Shown here: in pieces, positions 28,500-41,839 of the stretch
How positions within the stretch are numbered: the first letter of the stretch is position 1
Layout: each line of letters begins with the position of its first letter
Assembly (NCBI GenBank): GCA_951406725.2
Contig: OX597831.1
Coordinates: forward strand, 62,558,001 to 62,622,000
DNA from: Octopus vulgaris
Lineage: Eukaryota
Reading direction: 5' to 3'
DNA: 64,000 nucleotides
The notes under the pieces: generated by a model
Database searches by the model: none
What the model was told of the DNA's origin: nothing
The model's input: only the letters and a program-made list of their open reading frames with translations
Program-made: the position numbers and the translations under genes

Positions 28500-30410
28500 A
28501 TAAATTTCTTACCTAGAAGCATTCTAAGTATCCTAGGTGTCCCTAATAACACTGTTTTTGAGAGTTGCACTAAACAGGGTTTTATGCCTAATACCTCTGT
28601 CCATCTGTCCACAATTTTAGGGATAGTTCCCAATGGATTTATAACTACTAGGGTACATTTTATCCTCACTTTCGATAGTCTCTGTAAATCTACAGCTAGA
28701 TCCTGGTGCTTTGCGATTTTTTGTATACCTCTCACACTGACTTCTTCATCACTTGGGATTGCAAAGTCAATTATCTGGCACTTACAATTCTCTTTATCTA
28801 ATACTACTTAATCACGTCTTCTAGCTTCTATTACTCTGCCTGTCTCAGTTCCAAAGACCCACAACATCTCGTATTTCTCAATTTCTATTAATTTACAAGG
28901 TTCATGTTCATACCATTTATCAGTATGTTCGAATACTACAATAACTCCCACTGGATTACTCTCCATAGGTTGTCATGACCTATTTTGTATTGTTTCTGTG
29001 CCAGAATGCTACATTCACTTACAATATGAGTAACGCTTTCCTTTTATCATTTGCATAGCCTACATTGTAAATCTGCTTGGCTTTTGTTTATCTTGATTTT
29101 TATCCAATTAGTCCTTAATGCTTGATGCTAGGCCGCAACTAATAGACTTTATATCTTTTTCAGGCTTCCTTTCTGCAACCATGGCCATGTCTCACTACTA
29201 CAATTTGCTGCAACTATCTTCGGGAATCTTCCATGAAACGCCTTCTCCTGCCAGTCAAATGACATGTTCCTTTTTTCTAGTTTGGGTTTTTGGCTTCCCT
29301 ATGTCTTGCTGTGACTCTAGCAGCTTTTAATAAACTTTCTGCACTATTACCTACATAGGAGTCTATATCTACACTAGCTAGCTCAACTCAGTCTTCTACG
29401 ACATTAACCCTCTTCCACCTTCTCTTCTAGGAAAGTATAATCTTGTTGTTCCTTTCCTTGTATGGAGTCCTCCATTCATATTGAATTCCTTCTTAGTTCT
29501 TCTGTCTAGCTTTGCTAATTCAGAATTTGCCCAGTCTACAAAATCGGCTAAGTATCTGAGTAATGATCCTGCCCAAGTATTTACTGCCTTCACTAGATTC
29601 GCACGTTTTAGCCTTGTCTTAGTAGCTTCTTCACCCTTTTAATGTACTCCTCAATTTTCGTTTTCATTTCAATTGTTAATGCTCTGTCAGATGCTAATGC
29701 ACCTAGATACTAATAACTTTCTTTCTCTCCTTTCAATGATTTTAAAATCTGCTTATCTGATAATTGGACGCTTTTGCTGTTGATTATCTGTCTCCTTCTC
29801 ATGAATAATATTTCTCAGTTATCAATGCCAAATTCTGTCTTTGCTGGAGGGTCTTACAGCCTGTATTAATGAATGCCTTTTCCATTCTTACTAAAATGCT
29901 TCAGATCATCCATGTAGAGCAACTAGTTAATTTTTCTCTGACTATTTCTGAACTAATACCCTGCCTTTGCCTTCCTTAATACTAAACTGAAGTGGATTAA
30001 ACCTAAGACAGATACTAAACGGGATAACGAGTCGCCTTGGAAAATTCTTTTTTTGATATTAACTTTCCTTTAGACTGTGTCACCCGAGTAGAGATCTACT
30101 TACCCTTTATTTCATACTAAATTTAATCAATTCTCTTATGGCGTCTGATATACTGAATATACTCAAACATTCACTTATCCAAGAGTGTGGGATCATGTCT
30201 TAGGCTTTCTTATAAGCTCTCCAAGCTATTGTTAAATTTTTCTTTGTCGCTCTTACTTCATGTAGAACTGCTTTCTCTATGTATAATAGAACATGCGTTT
30301 CTCTAGCCTTCTTTCTGCAACCTTTCAGTTTTTTGTGGCAATAAATTTCGGTTGCCAAGGTTCTTGTAAATGCTTTCTGAGCACTTTCCTGTTAACAGCT
30401 TCCACACTAA
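28500..30410 (-). mobile_element. Degraded R4/Dong-like non-LTR retrotransposon (RT plus restriction-like endonuclease)
   Basis: IFQGDSLS and LLYMDDLK RT motifs; AVNTWA...LDRRTKK...RLYFPRREGGRGL; C-terminal KTVLLGTPRILR; many stops and frameshifts. Confidence 0.85.
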
Positions 30411-30429
30411 TGGTTCAGATTTTGGTGGG

Positions 30430-30640
30430 TCTTGACTGATATATGTATGTTTATTGGGACACTCATATCAACGGGGTGGCATCATTTTTTGTCCGAAGTA
30501 ATTCAATATAATGTCTGGCCTATTTGCATCTATCTTTCTGTCAGTTTGAATGGAGAAGCTCCAAAGGAGTGAGATGTAGTCCTTTTCAAGCTCTCGCGGT
30601 GGTGTGTTCCACCTCCAGGTTTTATCATGGAGCAGGTACC
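30430..30640 (-). mobile_element. Separate R4-like endonuclease-domain fragment
   Basis: LLWSFSIQTDRKIDANRPDII (RPD motif of restriction-like endonuclease). Confidence 0.75.
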
Positions 30641-30651
30641 TTAATATTACC

Positions 30652-30852
30652 ATATCAATAGCACGCCAGAAAGAATGCTGAGCAGTATTTCATCCACCTT
30701 TACTACCTGAGTTCGAAAACCGCCTATATCAGCTTTGCCTTTCATCCTTTAGGGATCGATAAGATAAATACCAACTGAACACTGGATTCGATGTAATAGA
30801 CTTATTCATCCCCTTAAATTGTTGACCGTGTGCCCAAATTTGAAACCAGTAT
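30652..30852 (+). mobile_element. SINE-B copy (older)
   Basis: ctttgcctttcatcctttagggatcgataag core; tail gtgtgcccaaatttgaaacc. Confidence 0.75.
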
Positions 30853-30895
30853 TTCTATATTGCTTGTATGGAAAAACGTGTTTTGCTGTTGTTGT

Positions 30896-31102
30896 TAAAG
30901 TAGCGAGCCAGCTTAATCATTAGCACGTCGGATTAAATACTTAGCGACATTTCATCTTTTTTTACGTTCTGAGTTCAAATTCAACCCAATTTGAAGATTC
31001 CATTCATTCTCTCAGGATTGATAAAATAAGTAGCAATGTAACCCTGGGGTGGACGTAATCGACTTAAAACTCTTGGCCTTGTATCAAAATTTGAAATCAT
31101 TA
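30896..31102 (+). mobile_element. SINE-B copy (older)
   Basis: ttacgttctgagttcaaattc B box; tail ggccttgtatcaaaatttgaaatc. Confidence 0.7.
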
Positions 31103-31217
31103 TTATTCTTATTGTTGTTCTTAATCTTCACATTATAAAAATTCAGGCTTTCCATTATTGGAAACAACAATCTATCTTCTCTTGCTGCTGCTGTTACTGC
31201 TGCTGGTGATAACGGTG

Positions 31218-31249
<32 letters not shown>

Positions 31250-31974
31250 GGTGGTGGTGGTGAGAGGATTATGTTATAGTCATCAAGTTGTTTTTTCCCC
31301 AGCGTTTATGCCTTGTTAATATTTTCACTGTTTTCTAGATTCAGACATCGATTTTACAAATATTTTTTTTAATTCAGACATGTTTAAATGCCTAATACCT
31401 GTTTTCAAAACTAGGAATTTTATTCAATTAATTATCGCAACATTCTAAAATAGAAATTATATCCAAATATTATTTCTGCATCTTGTTCGATTTCAATGTC
31501 ACTAGACCTTATCTCCAAGAAGTGCTTGGATTATATTCTAAACTATATTAAATCGATATTCTATAATGTTAACCAAATTCCATGAATTTGTTTCTAGAGA
31601 AAACAACTTGTTCTGAACATTATTTAAATACTTTCAGTCGTCCTTTTAATTCGCACTCCTGTGTAATGCCGTGAAAGGAACTGAGTAACAACTACTAAAA
31701 AAAATAATAGATATATAAAACAGAAGCAGTAAATATATTGTTAAATGATCACAACTGAAAGTGACATAGACAAACTTACTTTGCAGTGGGACACATTTTT
31801 CAGACACACAAATGTTAATTTGTTTTTATCTAAAACATCACCAACAAGAAGAGCAACTCTAACATTTATACCAACAATTGGATACAACGGAGAAATAACT
31901 AAGTAGATGCAGTTTTTACATTCGTTCCACTTTTAATCCAGAATGGAAATGAAGTTGCATTCATATTAATGTTA

Positions 31975-32092
31975 CTTTCAAATTTTTGCACAACTCCAGT
32001 AATTTCGGAGAAGGTGCTAAGTCGATTACAAAAACCCTAGTGTTCAAATAGTACTTATTTTATCAACCCCGAAAGGGGTCAGCAGAATTTCA
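31975..32092 (-). mobile_element. SINE-B 3' fragment
   Basis: Reverse complement ctttcggggttgataaaataagtac...gtaatcgacttag...ttgtgcaaaaatttgaaag. Confidence 0.6.
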
Positions 32093-32918
32093 ATATTAAA
32101 TTCTAATATTTGAATTCATTAAAAAAAAAATGAAGCAATATCAGTGCGTGTTTATATTTTTGCTAGTCTCAAGATCAGTTAAGAGTGGCTCTTTCAAACA
32201 TCTAACTTTGTGTATTATACCAACAAAAGTGCACAGTAAAAATCTCCGTCTATCCTACGTTCAGTACTAATAACATATTACTAATAAAGTATCTCACAGA
32301 GAAGCAGAAATTGAGCACGCAACACATGTTCATATATTTTCTTTTTTACTTTATTACATTTGTAAATGGGGCAACATAATAAAATAAATCAGTAATACAG
32401 CAAACAATACTGTGAGCAGGCTAGATGTCGATTATAAAAAGCAATATCGTTCTGCGATATATTGATTATATATTCCTTGATGTATATTGTTCTGATTACT
32501 CGATTCAACACACCAAGCATTTGGTTATATGTGTCATTCCTTTCTTTTTCTTCACTTATTCCAAAACTCTCGTTTCAGCCATCAGAATAAATTTTGATCA
32601 CGATATTCTTTGAAAACCATTTCGTGCATATTTTCTTTCTTTCCGTTGTTTTCCAGTACATGGCATTTCACATTTCAATATACTTTCGAATACCGGTGTG
32701 TTAATCTTTTCGGACTTAAAATATTTCTCTCGTCTTGTTGCAAGACAAGTCTTCCCTTATACGAAAATATGTTTTAATTTGCATACGTTTTAATTACTAC
32801 ATGAATCGGACACATTCTTTTAACACGCCTATTTCACTGGGCATACCCTAGTACTTTACTTTCAATTTGTGTTTTTTCATATCGTTAATACAAGAATATG
32901 AGAAGTATGTCAAGCGGT

Positions 32919-32949
<31 letters not shown>

Positions 32950-34395
32950 TTAGGCAGTATGTGTAAAAACGTACTGATAGGCTAAGTATGACGTCATTCG
33001 GCGTACAAGAGAATGTTAGTTGTTAATATGAAAATTTATATTTTAATCCATGGCGTTTAGTTTATGCCTAAATAATATATTTCAACTATACAAAGCATTG
33101 CAAACGTTGGAAAATTTATTTGTTGTTGTTAAAGTTTGAGAATGATAAATCTTAGTAAGTCAAGAATGGTGGATTTGGTTCCTATGAGTAAACTGAAATG
33201 TATAACTGTACATAACAATCTATCTATGTATCTATCCATCTCTCTTTCATATATCTACATATTTCTCTACATATGTTCTATGTGTGCGTGTGTATGTGTG
33301 TGTGTGTGATTCGTAAATGGATAAGTGCATATAAATACATATATCGGTTGGAATCAAAGACAAGTTGCATTTTTAACGATTAAATTGGCCTTACCGTAAA
33401 CTAAGCATTAATTTTCGCATTCTCCTTTTTTATTGCTGCTGATTACTTTATAGCAAATTGGTTAACTTCTTATCGAATCTACCATTTTAAAATAACTTTA
33501 GATCGGACCAATATCAGATACTGCATGTTGTAGCTATTCAAACGGCTCTCTTCAGCAATGGAACTGGCAAGAAATATTCGCTCTGCCTATGCAATAGGAG
33601 CTTTACCTGCCCGGTCATGCCAGCGGTGGTCTGGCCAGTTTCACTCGTGAAATTTATATTCGCAGACTCTCGTGAGTGTGGACGAGCAAATACTATCTAT
33701 AATGAGCTTCTGGAAAGCAAAGATGAGGAAAATCAAATGCAAACTTGACGAGAATTAGGAAAACAATTCAATTAACGTTACGCTTTTATCATAAAACACT
33801 CTCATGAACTAGGAAGTACGTCTAACAGTGTCTAAACATTATCGGTGAGCCACACATCATCTCATTGCTTTCAGGCTTAATAAAAGTATTGCTATTCGGT
33901 CGTCATTGAATATAAGACTTGCTATAAGACCGTTCCTGAGTAGAAATGCCAGACGTGATAAAAAGCGGGCTCTCTATAATTACATTCGACGAAAACGACA
34001 ATGGTGAGCACTCGATGAAAGCCGACAATCCATACCCAAACTTCACACGAAAAAGTTTTGCTCAGTATTTCGTGGGATATGAAGTATTGAGCTGAAGCGA
34101 AACAGTTAATGTGAAGAAGTATTGTCAAGTGGAAGCTTTAAACAATAATTTACAGAAAATGCTACCATATCTGTTCAATTGCTGCTTTTCCACGATAATA
34201 GAAGACTACATTTTGTCCAAATCAATCAGGAAAAGGCTATGATAATATATATATATAAATTGTACGTCATCATCCTTATTCTTCTGTCCATGCCACATAT
34301 GACTATCAACTTTACAAATCATTGCAAATTATATTCAAAGGAAAACTGAAAATTTTAAAGATGATATCAAGTTACACACACATATATATATATAA

Positions 34396-36786
34396 TTGCA
34401 ATCTTAATTCCCGACATATAAAAACCAAACCAGCCAATCCCACTCCATGGCACCCATTTGACAACATAAACTTCCACAAAGCGGACTGGGGAACAATCAG
34501 AAATAATCTGTCTTCCATCGACTGGTCTTTTACTCTCAATTCCTCTCATATTGAGACCGCGTGGCAGCACTTTGAAAACATTGTCACCTATACATGCTCT
34601 AAACACGCTCCCAAGAAATCTACTAACACAAACAGAAACCGGCTCCGTAAAAAGAAAAAAACACTCATCAGGCGCATCAAAAGACTCAACAAAAAAATCA
34701 ACCAATTAAAATATTCCCACACACAACATCCACATTCAACAACAATGAAAAGACTAGAGCTGGAAAAACTTCATCTGCAGACCAACATGAAAACCTCCAT
34801 TGAAAATCAAAGAGCTGTGGTGGAACAATGGGTAATCAAAAACATCAAACAGAACCCAAAAGTGTTCTATTCTTATGCAAATAAGCATAGAACCACTGTC
34901 TCACCCATTGGGCCATTGATTGATGATAACGGCATTCCCCAACACGATGCTAAAGAAATGGCAGAAATACTACAGAAACAATACTGCTCTGTCTTTAGTG
35001 TTCCCACTGATTTTGACGTAAGGGAAACGAACGAAGTTGACTCCCAACACAAAATCTCAGACATAACCTTCACTGCCACTGACATCGTAGCAGCAATAAA
35101 TGATGTCAAACATTACTCTGCTGTAGGCCCTGATAGATTTCCCGCTAGTCTCCTGAAGGAATGTAGATACCAACTTGCAGTCCCTCTGACCAACTCCTGG
35201 AGAAATTCGTTAGACGCAAGTTATATACCGAAACAGTTTCTATCCCAGTCGGTCATCCCGGTTTTCAAACAGGGAAACAGGTCCCTCGTAGTCAACTATC
35301 GCCCAATCTCACTCACCTCCCACATCATTAGTGTTTGAAAGAGTGTTAAGATCAAGGATAGCTGACTTCCTGGAGACCCACAAACTCCTAAATGCAAATC
35401 AGCATGGCTTTCGCTGTGGCAGGGAATGTCTAACACAGTTCTTACACCACATTGAAGATATACTCAAAGCCTTGGGAACAGGTTCGAACTCTGACGTCAT
35501 ATATCTTGACTTCAGTAAAGCGTTCGACAGGGTAGACCATAATATCCTACTCTCAAAATTGGCAAATGTTGGAATCCGTGGGAAAGTTCTACACTGGATT
35601 AAGTATTTCCTGGCGAATAGAACACAACATGTTGTAGTTGATGGAGTCCACTCAAACCCAGCAAAAGTCACCAGGGGTGTTCCTCAGGGGACTGTTTTGG
35701 GTCCGCTACTCTTCATAATTTACATAAGCAACCTTTCCAGTATCGTACAATATTGCAAAGTGAAAATATTTGCTGATGACACTAAACTCCAGCAAATCGT
35801 CAATGAAGAAGCAGACCGAACTCAACTCCAGTCTGATCTATATGCTGTGAGTCAATGGGCAGACAGAAACAAAATGCAACTGAATGAGGGAAAATTTGAG
35901 CTGATGCATTTTGGAAGAAATTCCTCACTAAAACAACCATACTCTCTTCCTTCAGGGGAACCGCTCACAGCCTCTAACAATATCAGAAACCTGGGTGTAA
36001 TTGTTGATGACGATCTCAGTTGGAGTGCACACATCAACAAGAAGGTCGATATAGCTCGTAGGATGAGTTCCTGGATCTTAAGAACTTTCCGGTCCAGAGA
36101 ACAAGGTGTCATCATACCACTTTTTCCTCCTTTGTACGGCCACACCTTGAATACTGCTGCCCACTGTGGTCTCCTCACACAAGACAAAACATCTCCAGAA
36201 TTGAGTCACCCCAGAGGGCACTCACTAAACGAATTGAAGGCATGGCTGCTCTCGATTATTGGGATCGCCTTAAAGCCTTGAAACTTTACTCCCTCCAGCG
36301 TCGCCGTGAGCGGTACATCATTTGTACGATGTGGAAAATATACCGCCAACTTTGCCCAAACGACCTAAACATTAGCTTCAAGGTTCATCCAAGACTGGGA
36401 ACACGGGCTATACGTCCCCTGCCCAATTCAAGATCACAACATACATGTACACTGCAACATAATTTCTTTTCCTCAACAGGCCCTGCCCTATTTAACATTG
36501 TCCCGAGGGAGATCAAAGAGGAAAAGGATCCCATCAACTTTAAACGGAGTCTCGATAGATTCCTTCAAAGAATACCAGATAAGCCACCCATAATTGGATA
36601 CAACTCACCCAACAAGAACTCACTACTTGAACAAAACTGGATACAACTCACCCAACAAGAACTCACTACTTGAACAAAACTTGACTTAAACAGGATTCGA
36701 ATAATCCTATCAGGTGGTGCTATTAAGTTAGACATGGCCTGGACCAATCTTTGGTCGAAACATATCTAAGTTTATCTAAGTCTAAG

Positions 36787-36788
<2 letters not shown>
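34396..36788 (+). mobile_element. 5'-truncated CR1-clade LINE (ORF2 RT, two frameshifts)
   Basis: NYRPISLTS, QHGFR, YLDFSKAFD, GVPQGTVLGP, FADD and LYSLQRRRERY across ORFs 34322-35338, 35331-36281 and 36242-36673; 3' tail of tctaagt tandem units; flanked by (TA)n. Confidence 0.93.
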
Positions 36789-36855
<67 letters not shown>

Positions 36856-36857
36856 AG

Positions 36858-36983
36858 ATAAAACTCTGAGTTTCGGATGCCAAGGTGGAAATCCACACCA
36901 CCATCTCTTCAGTTATTTGGCCAGATAACCGAAGAGATGGTGGTGTAGATTTCCACCTCGGCATCCGGAACTCAGAGTTTTAT
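36858..36983. repeat. 126-bp palindrome of two head-to-head type I hammerhead motifs
   Basis: Arms 36858-36920 and 36921-36983 are reverse complements at 58/63; the left arm on the minus strand reads ataa-CTGAAGA-gatg...catcc-GAA-act-cag-agt-T-ttat. Confidence 0.85.
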
Positions 36984-37070
36984 GTTGGCTACCGAATAAT
37001 TGTCACATATTTTTACAGATAAATTTCCCTCTATTTACATAATATTGAGTTTTTTTCCTTACCGTTTTTA

Positions 37071-37152
<82 letters not shown>

Positions 37153-37155
<3 letters not shown>

Positions 37156-37270
37156 TTCAAATTTACAGAAAACAAAAAGCAAAGGCAGATGCAGGAACAA
37201 CAAGCAGGTGTAATAGTTTAACACTCGAGAAGAATGGAAAAGTCTTTTCGACAGATAGAATTTAAGGAAA
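37153..37270 (-). mobile_element. Degraded short repeat related to 61835-61970
   Basis: atttac..aaacaaaa...acaacaa.cag.tg....agt.taac.ctcg.gaag...gaaaagt is colinear with the 61835 copy; sits between microsatellites. Confidence 0.5.
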
Positions 37271-37894
37271 AAGAGAGAGAGAGAGAGAGTGACAAAAAAA
37301 AAACGGAGAGAAGATACAACTGCGTAGGGATTAACGGTTCAACACGTGTGTATGTATTCGAGTGCGCGCTCGTGTAAAGATATATACGTGAGTCGGGGCG
37401 TGGGTGTGCATGTGCGCGCGTGTAAGCAAGACAGAGTATATATGTGACAGAATAAAAAGACGAGCTATTTCGTAAACTCTTCATCGTTGTGATATTCGCT
37501 CTGGTTGTGATATCCGCTCTGGTTCTCTGATTTCAAATTTATCCTCCGCATCGTTAAATTAACCTCCAATAATTTAATCCTGAAGTCAATTTTAGTTCAG
37601 AGTAAATAAAACACAGCTGTAACCTGCCAGACTTTTCCTTCCTCCCCTCTCTTGCTGTCACTCACTCTCTTTCTCTCTCTCCCCCTCTCTCCCCCTTCTT
37701 TCTCTCTCTCGTTCGATTCTCTTTTGAATTGTATCTTAATACATAGATCGAGACATGTCATATTGTCTAATGCTTACTGAGACTCAGAACTGCGTCTAAC
37801 TATAACGATCTTTGTGTAATACTCAGTGCATGTTGGATGATTTACATGAGTTGGAAGTCAGTTAATAAAACAAATGAGTCCTCATCGTCAAGAC

Positions 37895-37995
37895 TGGCAA
37901 ATAGACCTCCGTAATGCTATGATGGACCGTGAAGTCTGGCGTAGCATGGTAAATTCCATTGTCTCGACCACGGTCGAACAATGATGATGATGATG
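37895..37995 (+). mobile_element. RTE-clade LINE 3' end
   Basis: DLRNAMMDREVWRSMVNSIVSTTVEQ* (DR..WR motif) followed by a (GAT)n tail. Confidence 0.7.
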
Positions 37996-40883
37996 TTTTG
38001 ATAATGCATCTATACTTGTGTCAATGAAGACGACTTTATATAATTACCGACGTGCTAAAAATAGCAGCCACTATACTCTCAAGACACTGCTTTCTTATTC
38101 ACTATAGTACAAGGCGGAACCAATGTTTATAAGGAAAGTATGAGCCCTGATGCTCAATCGACCATTAGTGTGCTTCAATATTCCTGGATCTTGGTGAAAC
38201 GGCAGTAACACAAATCATGTATATGATTATATACACATTTGTATGAAAGGCAATGTATACATAAACCAAAACAGGGCGAATACCTGTAAAATTGTTAAAT
38301 TATTTATAGGTGCGTACTTTTTAAGCAACGCATGAGAAAAAATAATTAAATTCCCTTTTATATGATACGTACACTATTGATAATATTGTAATATTTCGAA
38401 TACAATGTTATATAGAAAACTTCTAAACCATATTCATGTTATATAAATGATCATTATTTAGTAAAAAAAAAAATCAGCCGCTATCAGTTGGTCATGTTTC
38501 TTACGTGTGTGTTTGCTATTAATGCAGTTTCTATTATCTTACTTGTTTGCAATTTTTTTAACGTTTTTTTGCGATTACATGGCAGTTACAAAATATCTTT
38601 GTAAAGGCTCACAAAAGAAAGCAGAGTATTTTCAACTAAAACCCATTTCCGGTATCTGGGGAAAATGATATAAAATAGAAAATCGAATATTTGAAACCTT
38701 TTGAGATAAATCACCAGATCGAGCATCCGATATATCCGAATGATGCTTTTTTTTTTTTAAATAGCTGTCTAGTATCTTTTCTGTGTTCTTTACATTTTAC
38801 TATCAACAACTCCCGCTCTTCGATATTTCGAAAGTTTTGTTATGCATTAAAAATCTAATCGAACATAGTCTGATTTCAGGTTTGCAAATTTATCGATATC
38901 TTGTTTGTTTCTATGATACGTTATTTCTCGTAGCAAAAGAAAATAATACATTTGATTTATCTCTAACAGATTTTATTGTGAGGACTTCCATTTTAATGTG
39001 ATCTTTATGGATTTAATAAATTCTAATGAATGGCTAGCTAAGGCAGTTTTATCTTAGTTATCTTTTTTATTCATCAGCCTCTTTCATTATTTGATTGCAG
39101 ATTGAACAGCTTCGAATTATTGCCTATTAAGTGAGATATAGTACTCATTTTAAATTAGAGTTTCATATGGGTACGTTAGAATAAGATAGCGCAATTTAAT
39201 CATGTTATGAAAAGATAAAATAATGCCAAATTTTGAAATATGGCATTTTATGTTTCAAGTACATTTAAGAATGGAAGAATTCGTTGAAAGCATTATTGAA
39301 AATAGAAGCGTTTTTGAACTGTTTGAGTGGGTTTGGCAATTTCAGTTGACTAAACTGCAAAAATTATGTTGAGGCCTTGGCAAAGACAATTATCATTTAT
39401 CACCTTCATCTCGTTGGTTTTTCTAGTAGCTAACATCATCACTACTGAGGACGCTTACATTATTATACTGCATTCATTCTGTTGCTTTGAATTGATAACA
39501 AACAAGCATCTACAATACTGACTACCACAATACCAGCTGTTATTTGTGTTGTTTGGAGCAGCATTTAAAATACAAAACATTATAAAATGTGGATGCAATC
39601 ACTATTCACGACAAGGGTACCTTTGATTTTGTCTTTGGATCACTACCAAAAGGAAGCTCAATAAAACAGCACATCATAAACGTTTACGACCCTTTCTCTA
39701 TATCAATCGCACTTAATTCATGCTGGACTTGTTTCATTAATTGTTATTTAGAGATAATATTCTTCATTAAACTTAAACCTTTGCATTGCACAGACTTGAC
39801 TCCATATAATTCCGTTATCAGTGAAACGGGCTTTAATTATATAAAACTTACCCCCAAAAGCGAACACACTATCGATAAATATTTCTATTACATCCCATTT
39901 ACTGCTAAATCTCTTTCGTAGATTTTGATGCTGCCTTACATCAAATATTTAACTTATAATTTAAATAACAATTATGTTGCTATTTAAAGCGAACTAATAT
40001 TTAATTCATTTCTTGCAACGACCATATTAAACCAATAAATATTGTAATAATTTTAGCGAAGTCAATGATAAATGATGCAACATCATTTATGATCCATGTT
40101 TATTAATGTTTATGATGATAATAACTCAGCATGCTCTGAAGATAATGATCAATACAGAATTTCTTTTATTAATTCTATATAGAAAACTTTGGACATTGAA
40201 TAATCTGAATGTAGGGTTATAATTTCGTAACAGAAGTTATGAAACTCTTCTGATATATGGTAGGTTACTTTAATTTCTTTGTCAGTTTTTGTTATCAGAT
40301 GTTTTTAAACAAGAATTTCACAGGACACATATAATTCATGCAAACTTTTATAATCATGAATGAACAGCACTGATAAAACAACATATAATGTTATTTTTAT
40401 TTCACTAGATGGTAGTTATAATGTATTAGTAATATTTCAATCAATTTTTCAAGGAAAATAAGAGTTTCCATGGCTGCTGCATGCAAATCTATGAAAAGTC
40501 CATTCACAAGTTTACTGCCCTGAATTTTTTAAGACGCCAAATTCTCTGTTGAAGGTGTTAAATATTTCAGCTTAAGAAGCACACTAGGTACATTATATTC
40601 ACATATTGAATACAGCGAGTGTAACAGAACCTGAATAAAAGAATGTTGATTCAACTTGTTTCTTCAAACTACAGCCTGTTTATGATTTAGTTACACATAC
40701 TACGACTGTAATCTACTGACAATATACAAATATATGTTTGGTGTACTAGGAATAACACTACATATAAAATTAGTAATTTGTTTCATATGTTTCTCGTAAT
40801 TTTGGAATCACTTGTAATCGGAAAAGCAATTTACATTCACGTGCACGTGTGCCTATGTATATGTATAAATGTCTGTTTGTTTC

Positions 40884-40944
<61 letters not shown>

Positions 40945-40947
<3 letters not shown>

Positions 40948-41145
40948 TGGAGGGAAATAAATATTCGTACATATCAAAATTCTTTATTTATTTAATTTCT
41001 AATGAATATAAATGGGATATACCAATACTATATTTGCATACACATGCATAAACTAAGAATATGCAAAAGAAACTAATAAATTATAGTAACTAAGTAATTT
41101 ATATACAATCATAAATATTTAGGGGTGAATATTGATTTCCCTCCA

Positions 41146-41148
<3 letters not shown>
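40945..41148. mobile_element. Tc1/mariner-type MITE
   Basis: TIRs agtggagggaaat(a/c)aatattc at 40946-40966 and 41127-41147 (20/21), embedded in (TA)n. Confidence 0.85.
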
Positions 41149-41200
<52 letters not shown>

Positions 41201-41717
41201 ACTATGTGAGTTTTTGTTCTCTTAGTACAGCTTTGAACATGCATTTGCTGTCAGGTAAAACAATATTACAATTACCCGGTTTGAATTGACAGGCTTGTAA
41301 TGAAAATATATTTGAACATTATACATGATTACAAATTTCGTAACTAAGATACAATTGACAAAGAAACTCGATTCAAGGAAATGCCAATTAGTTTGTAACA
41401 TTGCAAACATTGTTATTAATTTACAGTAAGGAGCAGCTATATTAATTATATATGATCAAACTTTTAGTCAAAAGCAATTTCATTCTCCTAAATATTATTC
41501 TAGTGTATATATCTTGAACCTTAATAGTTCATCTAATATATGAAAGGATATATCTCTAAAATAATTAGGGGTGGTAGAGTTCTATATTTAGGAGATGAGG
41601 AATTATATATATTAATTACATCTGATTGATATTCATCAGGTGCCTTGGGGAAATTTCGAACCTGGTTTCTCATTCCTAAGGTATTTTTCCATGTTCTTAT
41701 TGATATCATTATTATCC

Positions 41718-41791
41718 AGGCTACTGCGTGGAATCGAACTAGGAATCTTGGTTTTAGTAGCCCGCGCTCTTAACCACTACGCCATATGCCC
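41718..41791 (-). pseudogene. tRNA-like sequence (A and B boxes) downstream of Penelope ORF
   Basis: gggcataTGGCGTAGTGGttaagagcgcgggctactaaaaccaagattcctaGTTCGATTCCacgcagtagcct; stems imperfect, so not a bona fide tRNA. Confidence 0.65.
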
Positions 41792-41839
41792 GTGGGCAAT
41801 TACGGAATGAATTTTAGCTTATAAATTTAATATTTACCT

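Noticed and set aside
37487-37525. 18-bp direct repeat gttgtgatat(t/c)cgctctg as a CRISPR-like repeat
   Set aside because: Two adjacent copies with no spacers in a eukaryotic context; simple tandem duplication.
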